Both the position numbers and the translations under genes were made by a program. Source: Diadema antillarum (lineage: Eukaryota). Taken from it: a stretch of DNA of 64,000 nucleotides. Below are positions 34,961-45,350 of this stretch, piece after piece (within the stretch, counting starts at the first letter, position 1; each line of letters opens with the position of its first letter). The notes under the pieces are model-generated. The model was not told the DNA's origin. It saw nothing but the letters and a program-made list of their open reading frames with translations, and did no database searches. Where the stretch lies: the NCBI RefSeq assembly GCF_040938485.1, contig NW_027271670.1, positions 124,001-188,000 on the forward strand. Direction: 5' to 3'.

Positions 34961-37900
34961 CAGTCACGAAAAGAAGGCACTTTTTCTTTAGAAAAAGGAA
35001 TTATAGCCATTATGCACTTTTAAGAGTCACCGAGGAATGCAAAAACAACTTGTTCCTTTTTACAACTTAAAAAGAAAAAAAAAATGTTTTCAGTTTTATA
35101 TGCATCTTTACATTGCATTTGTTTGATATAAGTTATTGAGAATTGTCCCCTCTTGAGTATTCCGCTAAATATTGATCATTACTGTGTACCTACAAAAAAA
35201 AAAGTATGCTGCCTAAGTATGATCAGGACTGTTTACCAACCAAAAAGTGTTGTGCCTTTAAAAAGTCCAGTAAGCAGCCATCCATAACTTCAAACAAACC
35301 ACCAACCATAACTGACCAGCATTTCAATATCAATTGTCATGCTCTGTAAAGCTATCACACAGATGTTTGCTGACTCTCCCACTTTCCTGTTTGAACAGCC
35401 TTGAAAAGAGAAGTGAGCGAAACCAAGCACACAGGCCCATGCACCCCACACACAGGCCGAACCCATGCACCCCACACACATACGAACAAATTCTGAAGGC
35501 CCCCAAGAACATTATACATGGTCCGTGGCAAAGGTTGTGTTTGGATTGATTTCTTGTTGGCTTGGTTTGTTATTTTGGCTTCACGTCTTGCAATGAATCC
35601 TATAAATAGCTAATTGCAAACCGTGTAATAGACTTTGTGTCTCATGCACTTGCTGGTACACAGTAAGTCTCCCCCGCCCATTAAACATTGCTCTATCCTG
35701 TATGAAATTCAACACTGGAAGCCATCCATGTTGTAAAGATTAACTGGCACAAATATTATCACTCTGTGCACTTGTGTTCAGTCCTTACGTCTGCATTGCT
35801 TCACTGGTTTCCTCTTTTACATGTTGTTGTTAATTGCTTTCAAAACAAACATTTCTGGCTAATAAGCAGAAGGCCCTATATGCTTTGACATGCAGACCAA
35901 CTCCAAAAGCAATGTAGGCCTACATGTATATGGTACATGCCTTGAACTTGTCTAATAATGAGCACATTTAGTCAATCGTGATAACACATGTCCGTGTAGT
36001 TTTGGTGTGTGTTGTAAGTGTGAAAACTGCAGTGGCCAATGTAATGTATCAATGTACATGAAAGTGTTATTGTAATGGTGGACACTTTGATAGGCACACA
36101 CACATGCATAAAGACAAATGCACACACATGCAGAGCCATACATAACAGACATGCACAAATTCGCACGCACACACACTTGTACATGAATACAATCACACAG
36201 CATTCAGACAGATGCACACCCACTCAGAAAAAAAAAACCCAAACAAACCACACTTTGCATTTCTACATCCTTTGTCCTTCGTTCTTTGCAAACATACAGT
36301 ACATGAATCTCCCCACCACCCCCCCCCCCCACACACACACATCACAATCCACAAGGACTTCTACACAACAACAAAATTCCCACACATCTGTTATTAGCCT
36401 GATGTACAAGCAGATGATGGCACTTCATAACATTCACACTTCTTGCATGCACAGTCACCACTCAAAATTACCAACAGCAAACAATAGCAACAGCTTTACA
36501 ATAGCCAATCAGCTTCATGTATGAGAGCTGTTGCTAGGGGAACTATAATTACTGCAAAAGCAGTCACAAGTCATTTCATGTGGCATTGGCCAACAACAGA
36601 CACTTGCAGTAATTGTAGCCATGTTTGCAGCAGCTACTCAACAGCCGATTGAATATAAGTATCAGATTTTTGCCATGGTAACTTATCTGCACGACATCTT
36701 TGGCATAAACCTTTTCCTAAGGAACACCCCTGTGAGGTTTTATATAAACTTTAAAATATGTGGGAGAAAAAAAAAATACCATGATACCCACACACTTACA
36801 GAGATACGAAAAAGACACAGGACAGGCATGTATTTGTAATTTTTGACAATCTTTCTTTTTCATTTTTTTTATTTCCTGCAGATAATCAATATTTACAAGA
36901 ACAGGAGCGATTCTTTTTTTTTTCTTTTTCAATATGATCTTCATGTCTCTCAATATTTTCCACAATCTCTTCTGAGTAGAATTCATGCATCAAATGATGA
37001 ATCAAAACGCCAATTCATAGCTATTAAATAAACATCATCCAAAGCCGTCAAATCTGGTAGCAAGGCAGATGGAGGAAAAAGGAAAAGACTGAACTTCAAC
37101 AATCCTTGTACGCACATGTTTCCACTCGTACCGGTTCAAGATGATATACATCGTTTGAAATGTGTAGTTGATGCTTTCAAGCAGTGTTCTCTTTCAACAA
37201 GAAATTTGAAATAAAGTATCTCAAGAAAATACAAAAACTCATCTGAATATCAAGTGAAGAAAAGTCAAACACATAGGAGGTGTCTACTGGTCTGTAACAG
37301 CTACACAAAATATGGAAAATAATGCTAGAATATTTCTAATGATATCAAAATTTCATTTTTGATTTTTCACAAGAAATAGTTAACATGAAAGCAATTCAAC
37401 ATCAAAACATAAATCACGCTACTTGAACCTGTAAATCTGCAGAACTGAGTCATTTATACCTTTTTTGACTGCACTATGAACAATCTATAAATAATCCGCT
37501 CTTTGCCCTTTTCATATACATGTATCACTGTTTATCATTAGATAAATCCATGGTATAATAATTCTGTTTTCTCTTTCGATCCTTATATACACTATGTACA
37601 AGACTGACCATATGATAGCAAATGGTTATTTTACAAGAAATCATGATCTAGTTGCATCACAATCTTAGCATGTTCATATTATATTCTCATGACTGTTCTC
37701 ATCATTCACAAACAGTAAAAAAAAAAATGCTTGTATTCATATTGAAGGCAAACAACATAAAATTAAACAAAACTAAAATTTCTTCTGCATTCCCTCTTTT
37801 CAGTAAAAGTATCATATTGTGAAACAAAACCACTGTCAGTTCTGTTATGATTGAACCCAAAGTAAGCTTGTTCACTGTTTTCCACACTTTATTGGGCAGC

Positions 37901-39315
37901 CTTGCCGACAATGATCAACATATGACCAACATAACTTTTCATACACTGAACTATAAAGTGAAACAATCTAAAATTCATTGGCAGTACATAAGGCATTAGG
38001 CTGCAACTACTTGCAAAACATCAACAAACTGACAGCAGATTATCTTTAGTTCTAGAAAATATGTTGTATTGTGTAGACACCTCACATGGATATGATTTTT
38101 ACACACAAGGTAAAAAAAAACCAAAACACATAAGCAAATACAAAACAGAGCAATGTCAAATCATTAGTAAATTTCCAAAAGGCATCTTTCACTGGTTGAA
38201 AAGAAAAGAAACAAACCAAATGACTAACCAACCAACAAACAAATTAAGATTGTCTTGTCTACATGAAGAAACTGTTGAACTTTTTGGAAGCTGTGGATAG
38301 ACAGATGGTTTGTATTTGTCTGTAGAGGCACATCAAGTATCAAGAGTCCACTACCAAGTCCCCAACCTCCCAGGCCGACAATATTTTTTGCTCTACGCTA
38401 GACCTGTCCCTAGGATCTCATAGGACTAGCAACATACAACTCCACTACACAATACAAGTGTGTACTCTATAGATGCACAATGCCATTCATGCTATGGAAG
38501 CAGTACTAAGATTACAGCCCCTCCAGCAAATGTCACGTGACATTTGCATAAAGAAAGCATAATGTATTAAACAGAATTCAACTTCTAAGTAAGACGTTTT
38601 TCTTGACTTCAGAAAAATGGAGAAAATCATGAAGTTTCTGTATAATAAATGCCACAGTTTGCCTATTAACAAGAGGTTGACTGTAATATCAGAAAATGAA
38701 CCTGCATGTTGTAACGCAAAGTCTACTCGATCAAACCAAACCTCATGTCAAGTAAATCGATCTTTGCAAAGTGGCTGCTACAGATAGACAACTTTTTGAA
38801 GTCAATGAAAATTCACACTTAATTCACACCCTCAATAGAGAGCTTTAGCTCAAAGTAAATGTACTAACATTTGTCAGAAATACTATCCCTAGTGTGGCAT
38901 TGCACAATGAAACAATTATCCTGCCAACTATAAAAAAGAAAAAAATAAAGACTAAAAAGAAATATCCTGTGGAGACAGCAGGGAGTGTTAGTATATCAAT
39001 TTCTGCGGCAAGGCTAATATACCTCTAAGAATGAACTGGTAGATACAGCATTTACATCACAACCACTCTTTTTCATTCAACACACTGAGTTTGCAACTCT
39101 GGAAATGAGAGCTATACAGGAAATGTACACACGAATCATCTAAAAACAAAAAAATGGCACATGGACAAACGTGAAATCAAATTTCAAACAGTGATGCTTG
39201 GGATCCTACTCGATGAACTTGCAGAGTATACATATATATAAATGTCTATATATATCAAGTCTGTATTGCGAAGGAAAAGAGTCTGCAATGAGCTCGTCGT
39301 AAGGTTTTCACAGGC

Positions 39316-39968
39316 CTACATAGACTGCTCATCTCTGTCTCTGTGTGAAGACCACTTGCCATTGCGTGGGACTAGGAACACCGTGCCATCCGGCATCTGT
39401 TGCAATGTGTAGTCATTGGGGTCCACAGGGCCGCCATGTTCATCCTGGATAGATGAGAAGACCTCCTCGCACAGCTCTGCGTACCTCTGCTGCATCTCGC
39501 TGACTTCCTTGTCAATGTTGTCCCGCTCCTTCACCAGCTTGTCACGCTCCATTCGCAGCTCGCCGACCGTCGACTCCACCATGTTGATGGCATCTATTTT
39601 GCGCTTGCGGCAGTTCTGGGCTGCAACCTTGTTCTTGCCCCGCCTCCTGATGTCCCTGATCAGCTGCATCTGGGCATCGGAGAGCTCGTACTTCTTGATG
39701 GCGTCATTGAAAGCATCCACCGGCATGTTGATGATCTTGTCGACACTCATGGGCAGTTTTAGGGATTTTGCTCGCTTCTCGTCACGGCTGCTTTTGAAGG
39801 AGTTGTTGTTGGTGCCGTTGTAGCTGCTGTTCTGCGCACCGTTCCCATTCTGCATCTGTGACTGTGAGGGGGCAGCATAGGAATGGTTGTGTTTGATGTT
39901 TTCCATCTTGGGCGGCTGGCTGCTGTAGCTGTTACTGCTGGAATCGCTGCCGAACTGCCTCTCGTGAC
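39316..39968 (-). CDS. NFE2L1/NFE2L2: Terminal exon: CNC domain, basic region, leucine zipper, Neh3
   Basis: catacag|GTCAC...TAG; contains HNHSY, SRDEKRAKSLKLP and RRRGKNKVAAQNCRKRK. Confidence 0.97.
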
Positions 39969-42900
39969 CTGTATGCAAACAACACGGACAATGACAAGAT
40001 GAATACTGGCAAAGGGGTAGCACGACGACTCTCAAGCCCTCAACTGACTGGACTTCCCGCAAACCTTATACATATGACTAGGAGGATGCCAGGAAAACAT
40101 TTGTTTGTAATGGAAAGCAGTCGCTGAGAGGTCCTTTCCAACGTTACGTTAAGTCATCATTATTCAGCACTCACACTTCAGTCACCTATTTTTGATTACA
40201 GATATAATGGTGGTGAGTGTGTAGCTTTGGTGGTTAGCGACAACATGCTCGAGTTGCAACCGAGGGAAGCAGAATTGCGTTCCTTAAAAGGAAGTATATT
40301 TGCTGTGTCACGCAGATAAAATAATGGGCTGAAAGTATTCGTACGAACTTTGGAAACTGGCCACATGCTTGCAATGCTATCATCTGACACAAAGACAAGA
40401 CATGTGACCCAAAGATCACATAACCCCAAGCTAAAACCGAAATAGGGAAAAGACAGCTTTACTTCGTTTTGGAGGAAGCATAAATTGTATGCATCATAGG
40501 GGGTAAATTCTTGACACATCAGTGTCACTTACAATATTGTCAAAGAGCTGTATTATTCTATCAAATTCACGCAAATGACCTTGAATTCTTTACAACACAT
40601 CTGTCTGTTAGATTTGAAGATCCATAAACTGCTTTGAGAAGAGCTATACCTACTTCTTTTAACTTATTGGCAATGTCTATCCCTTAAGCTCCTACAGCCA
40701 CCTGTTTTTATGAGTGATTTTGTTTGTGCAGTGGACTATTTGAGTATTTTGGCCCACGCTACATCAATCTCATTTCACCCTACCCTGCAATTCAATCTCT
40801 GTGAATACGCAATACCTTTGTCATAACTTATCAAATCTACTGGGTCCATCAGCGAGTGCAGTTGGACAATGCACGAAACATCAGATACTTGATGATTAAA
40901 TGGATTGTGGATTACACCTCTAGGTACAAAAAGATAGACCGGGTAATATGACCCCCGCTAAGGGTCACTGCTCACTGCTCACCTCTCAAGACACCATATC
41001 CCCCAGTAGCACCCTTGAAGACATCTTGTTCTGAACTTGAAGAGGAATAGCCGCCAGTAGCTCCTTCCGATTCATCAAAGATAGAGTCATCTGCAAGGAG
41101 ACACGTGAGATGAAAAAACGAGTGACAGGCATGTTGAGATTAAAACATGTGCTGGACAGAAAACCAACTCTACAAAAGACATGTTAGGGCTCAAAATGAA
41201 GCAGGTAGTACAATTTGCACTTCTTTTGAATGTCTCAAAATTTCCAAAATGAACTCACCATGCAATGAATGAGGATAAAATGGCGATTTCACTGGCAGAA
41301 AAGCAACAGTCTGCATGCGGATACCACAAGGAATCCAAATACAAGCTGGAACTATGTAAGCCATCTTAACAGGTGTTTTTACTCGAAATCCTCGCCTTGT
41401 GCTACACAATTCGAGCAAGCGCCCTTCACTTCCAAAATGCATCATTTTAGAGAGCAGAACAATACACCGTGCCCCTCTTCAATACACCAACCAAAGCACT
41501 TTGGGCTGATACCCGATACATTGTTGTTCGACAATAGACAGAAAAAAACAAAACGAAGAAATAACTCTTCGGCAACTACTTTTGAGTCTGTGAGGAGCAG
41601 CGACGCACAGAGAACAAGAAAATATATTCTCCTGCATCAACAGGATCAGGTTGCAAATAGACCTTATCAGCCTTCTCTCGAGAATTTGCAGCTCAGCTCA
41701 AAACTCTCGATGACCTTTCATGTCAGTCGCTGAGAGCGGGCACAATTCCAAGTTTGGCAATGCAGGGCAGTGTTCCACAAGAAAGCACAGGAACATTGCA
41801 TGGCCTAAATTAGGAGGCCCACACTCCGTGCTCGCTTTAAGTCATGCTCTGCTCTTGCCTCCCTGAAATCCCTTTGTAACTCTAGTGTCTGGACATTCTC
41901 AAGACATTTCCTGGCACAGAAACAAGGTCAAGGAATAGTTACCAATTCAGGTATGACCCAATTCCTCTTTAAGAAAAGAAAAGCAAGAACAAGATCTAGA
42001 ACTGGAACATCATGAATGAGTGTGGTCTTATCAGACAGAAGATCCTAACAATAGTCATTGTAGTTTGATATAAAGTCATAGCCAGAATGCATACAGGTCT
42101 ATTTTGGACCCCCCCCCCCTTCCTTCTGTTCATCCGAGTGAGCTTGGGTACGCCATTTATCTGACTGCATTTCATGTTTGAGATTTACTTTTAAATGTGC
42201 ACTCACCACTGTCTTCATCTTCAACTGAATCTCTGTCCAAAGCCGCCAGGACGTCTTGCATCTGGTCATCAAAGTCAAGGTCCAAGGGGTTGAGCGGGTG
42301 GGCTGCGCTGGGTGAGTTGAGGAGCTCCATGAGGAGAGAGCTGCTGTTGTCTGTCATGTTCAAGTTAGCCGGCGAGTACGTTGCTGAGGCATTGGCTTGG
42401 TTCAACTGCTGTGGTAATGCCTGCATGAGGAAGTCTGTCATATTGCCGTCGCTTGAGGCCACTGAGGCGTTTGAGGAGTGACTTGGCGAGTTGAGGTTTG
42501 TGAAGTTACCAAATGTGTCGTTCTGCATCAGGAGGGGCTGTTGGTGGGTCTGGGTGGCATTCTGCAGACTCACCATGCCATTAGTTGTGGCATTCATGGC
42601 GAACACGTCGTTTAGCCTTGGTGTCTGGGAGAGATCGTTGACCTCTGGGGCGAGTCCACTGCTTCCGTTGGTCATTGCTTGCATGTAGTGCTGTTGTGGG
42701 GCAGCATACCCTCCCTGTGAGCTGTTCAATGTGGTGGAGTTGGGAAGGAGCTCGGGAATGCTTCCCTGCAGTTCGGGGATGGTGGCAAGGTCCTGCCACC
42801 TTTGTTCCGCTTCCTGGTGTGTTAGGATTGGGGAAAGATCAGTCTGTGCTGTGTCGGGTGAATACTCGTCCTCCAAGAGCTGCAAACAGTCCTCCAGCGA

Positions 42901-44172
42901 GAGGCTAGTCTCTTGTGGATCATTTGGGGGCTGCTGGGGCTGCTGCGGAACCTGTGGCTGGACTGCTGTCTGTACCCCATCATCGGGCAGAGGGCCGGGC
43001 ACAAACTCTCCAGTCTCCCCATCTATGCTGTACTCCCACGGATTGATGTTCTTTTTGAGGTCATCGTTGAAGCCTGGCTTGATGTCACCTTTGTATGGGT
43101 AAGTGTCTGGACACACTCCCATGTCTATGTCCTGTCTCCATAAGCTTTCTATCAGGTCCATGTCCTGGAAAGACACACAAGATAATATGTAAAGTTAGTC
43201 CAACAGGTCTAATAAAGGATTGTCTTTCTTTAAAATAAAATAAAAAAAAAACTCAAACATTAATGGTAGATTCACAAGGAAAAGTATAACTTCTCATCAT
43301 TTTAGCTTTGATTTTTTTTTTTTGCATGACCATTATAGTGCCATGTGTATCTTGGAGTAAAACTTACTGTACATCGACTAGACTAGACTGTTCAACATCA
43401 AATGGCCACAAAATAATAGAAAATATTCATAGAACTTAAATTGTAATGACAACAAGCAGCACACAATGCATATAAATGTATTACCAACAAGGAAATCCCT
43501 TAGTTGGGCTACGTACTGCTTCTACCATTTCGTACTGAACACGTGTTCACAGATAAGTGATATGTTGTGTATGATCTATTATGATCGTCAAAAATGCCCG
43601 GGTACCTCTAAACTGAGCTCATCCGAGGAAGGCACTGGGGATACGGACAGGGGCGACTGTCCAACAGCCCCCTCCATTTCTGTATCCATCTCTTCAAAGC
43701 CTTCATCACTGTCACTATCGTGCATCGGCTGGTCAACATTTAGGTTTAATTGCGTTGGGTTCTGGGGATGGGGCTGGGCAACTGCATTGCCATTAGTCCT
43801 GTGCCCACTCCCCGAGTCTAGCGTCTCAAGTAAAAATGTTTGCAGCTCCACCCTTGATCTGTTTGTGATAGATGGAAGCCCATGTCCATGATAAAGCGAG
43901 TCCAGTTCCCTGAACACCGAGCGATTGTAGTAAAAAGAGTCTCGAATTATATTTTTGCTGTGCACTTGGCCTAAATCTACCCCTGCTGCATTGTACAAGT
44001 TGTGAAATTGAGTCTCAGTCAGGCCCACACTGGGCCCTAGGATGGAGTCTTGCAATCTAGGGTGGGTTACGAAGAGATGATCTCTCATGTAATCTGTCCA
44101 GTCGACACGGAGAACACTCATCATCAATGCTATCGCTAGCATTGCATCGTAGGGTAGCTTCTTGCGAATCAT
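39316..44172 (-). CDS. NFE2L1: CNC-bZIP transcription factor, Nrf1-like long isoform (761 aa). Exons 44172-43606, 43164-42207, 41090-40983, 39968-39316
   Basis: Exon phases 0,1,1 join to 2286 nt. The N-terminus MIRKKLPYDAMLAIALMMSVLRVD...LGPSVGLTETQFHNL resembles NFE2L1 MLSLKKYLTEGLLQFTILLSLIGVRVD...LGPSSAYTQTQFHNL. Downstream motifs: DMDLIESLWRQDIDMG (DLG region), DGETGE, LSLEDCLQLLE (Neh4), EQRWQDL (Neh5), basic region RDIRRRGKNKVAAQNCRKRK, zipper, and Neh3 VFLVPR. Confidence 0.95.
40983..41090 (-). CDS. NFE2L1/NFE2L2: Shared exon 3: (D)DSIFDESEGATGGYSSSSSEQDVFKGATGGYGVLR
   Basis: ccttgcag|AT...AGAG|gtgagc, 108 nt, phase 1-1; EGATGGY resembles NFE2L1 EGAVGY. Confidence 0.88.
41259..41445 (-). 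CDS. Candidate internal first exon 1c in intron 2, splicing in frame to exon 3
   Basis: ctaaaATGATG start (second in-frame aagATGG at 41364), 62 open codons + 1 nt, strong donor CATG|gtgagt, phase 1 matching the exon 3 acceptor at 41090. The peptide has no recognisable homology. Confidence 0.45.
42207..43164 (-). CDS. NFE2L1/NFE2L2: Shared exon 2: Neh2 (DMG, ETGE), Neh4/5 and Asn/Ser/Thr-rich domain
   Basis: ttccag|GAC ATG GAC...AGT G|gtgagt, 958 nt open. Confidence 0.95.
43606..44172 (-). CDS. NFE2L1: First coding exon 1a: NFE2L1-type N-terminal ER-anchor domain
   Basis: First in-frame ATG is at 44172 (the ORF-track start at 44229 is TTG); hydrophobic AMLAIALMMSVL segment; donor GAG|gtaccc, phase 0. 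Confidence 0.92.
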
Positions 44173-45350
44173 GATGAGTTCTGAATCTGGAGAGGTTTTC
44201 ACCTCCCCGACTTCAATCTTTTGAAGCAAGATACAATTCTTTAAAACTTCTCAAATGGTCAGTCACAGACCAGACATAACTCCACTATGTTTGCTTTGTT
44301 TGCGCCGGCGATAAACAAAGGCTGAGCAACTGCGCAGACGAATCCAGTACAGCTCTTGATGCAGTATTGTACGAAAACTAGCCGCAGCGAGAGTCAGGCT
44401 AGGCCGGCTTTGTATGCACAATGCACCACGTTGTCGCCGAAGAGCAGTACATACCCGTGCGTGCACACTGACTCACACCACACTAGGGCCGCAGGGGAGT
44501 GCTAGGCACCACTAATTCGTTATCTTTTTGGACATTTGCCGTGCATATAATTATCTTTTTCACTTATACGCACGATATAAGTCTGCCTACATTGATTCCA
44601 TTTCAGATGAGCCCTAAAATCACGGACTTTAGCCAATAACCACCAGAGAACGGGTGCTTCTTCGGGCGTTTTCCCCACTGAATGAACTATCCGTTGTCCG
44701 TAGCAGCACCCGCAACTTTGTCTTAGCAGCAGATACCCGGCAATGTTATTGTCTCCTTCCACAGGAAAACTGGCCAGTCATCGCGAAGAGCGATCCACAA
44801 CCTTCACAATTCTCCACTGTTTAATTCAAAAGTACGGCGTATTTTGTGATTTAAATAACAGGAATAGTTTGCTGCTTGAAGTAATTTCCTCTTTAGAATC
44901 TTGGTTTAGCTTGCGAATGTGTCTACGACTCAAATAGATGCAAAAACCAGAATGAAAACCGCTCAGGGCACCGCACACTACCACCGTTCAATTAGAATTC
45001 ACCCCGGAAGACAAATTGCATGCGCGCGCGTGCGGGTCAAACTCGATATCTAAAATTAGTAATGTGCGTAATGATCCACGGTGGCGCACTGGCATTCTAG
45101 AACGTTCAATACTAGCAGCTGACTCCCGTTTGACTGGCAGTGCTGTCTCAAAATTCGTTTCAATCGATTTCAAAGACGTTTTGAGCGTTATCTACGCAAC
45201 ATGATAGCCTACCTTTCTGTGGTATGAGGAAAACAACATTATGTTTTGGTCTAAAAAAAATATTCAAAGATGGGGATTCGCATACAGGACAGGTGTGAGC
45301 GCTTGCGCAATCGAATCGGCGATACGCTGGAGTGGTAGAAAGCATTAAAT
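44173..45350 (-). promoter_or_regulatory. Probable 5' UTR/promoter of the Nrf1-type exon 1a
   Basis: CpG-enriched unique sequence upstream of the ATG; AP-1 site TGACTCA at 44469-44475. Boundaries approximate. Confidence 0.4.

Noticed and set aside
39416-43891. Plus-strand ORFs of 120-140 aa opposite the Nrf exons
   Set aside because: Antisense shadows of GC-rich coding sequence; no recognisable motifs.
44173-44229. ORF-track N-terminus MLQKIEV...
   Set aside because: It starts at TTG; homology to NFE2L1 begins at the ATG at 44172.
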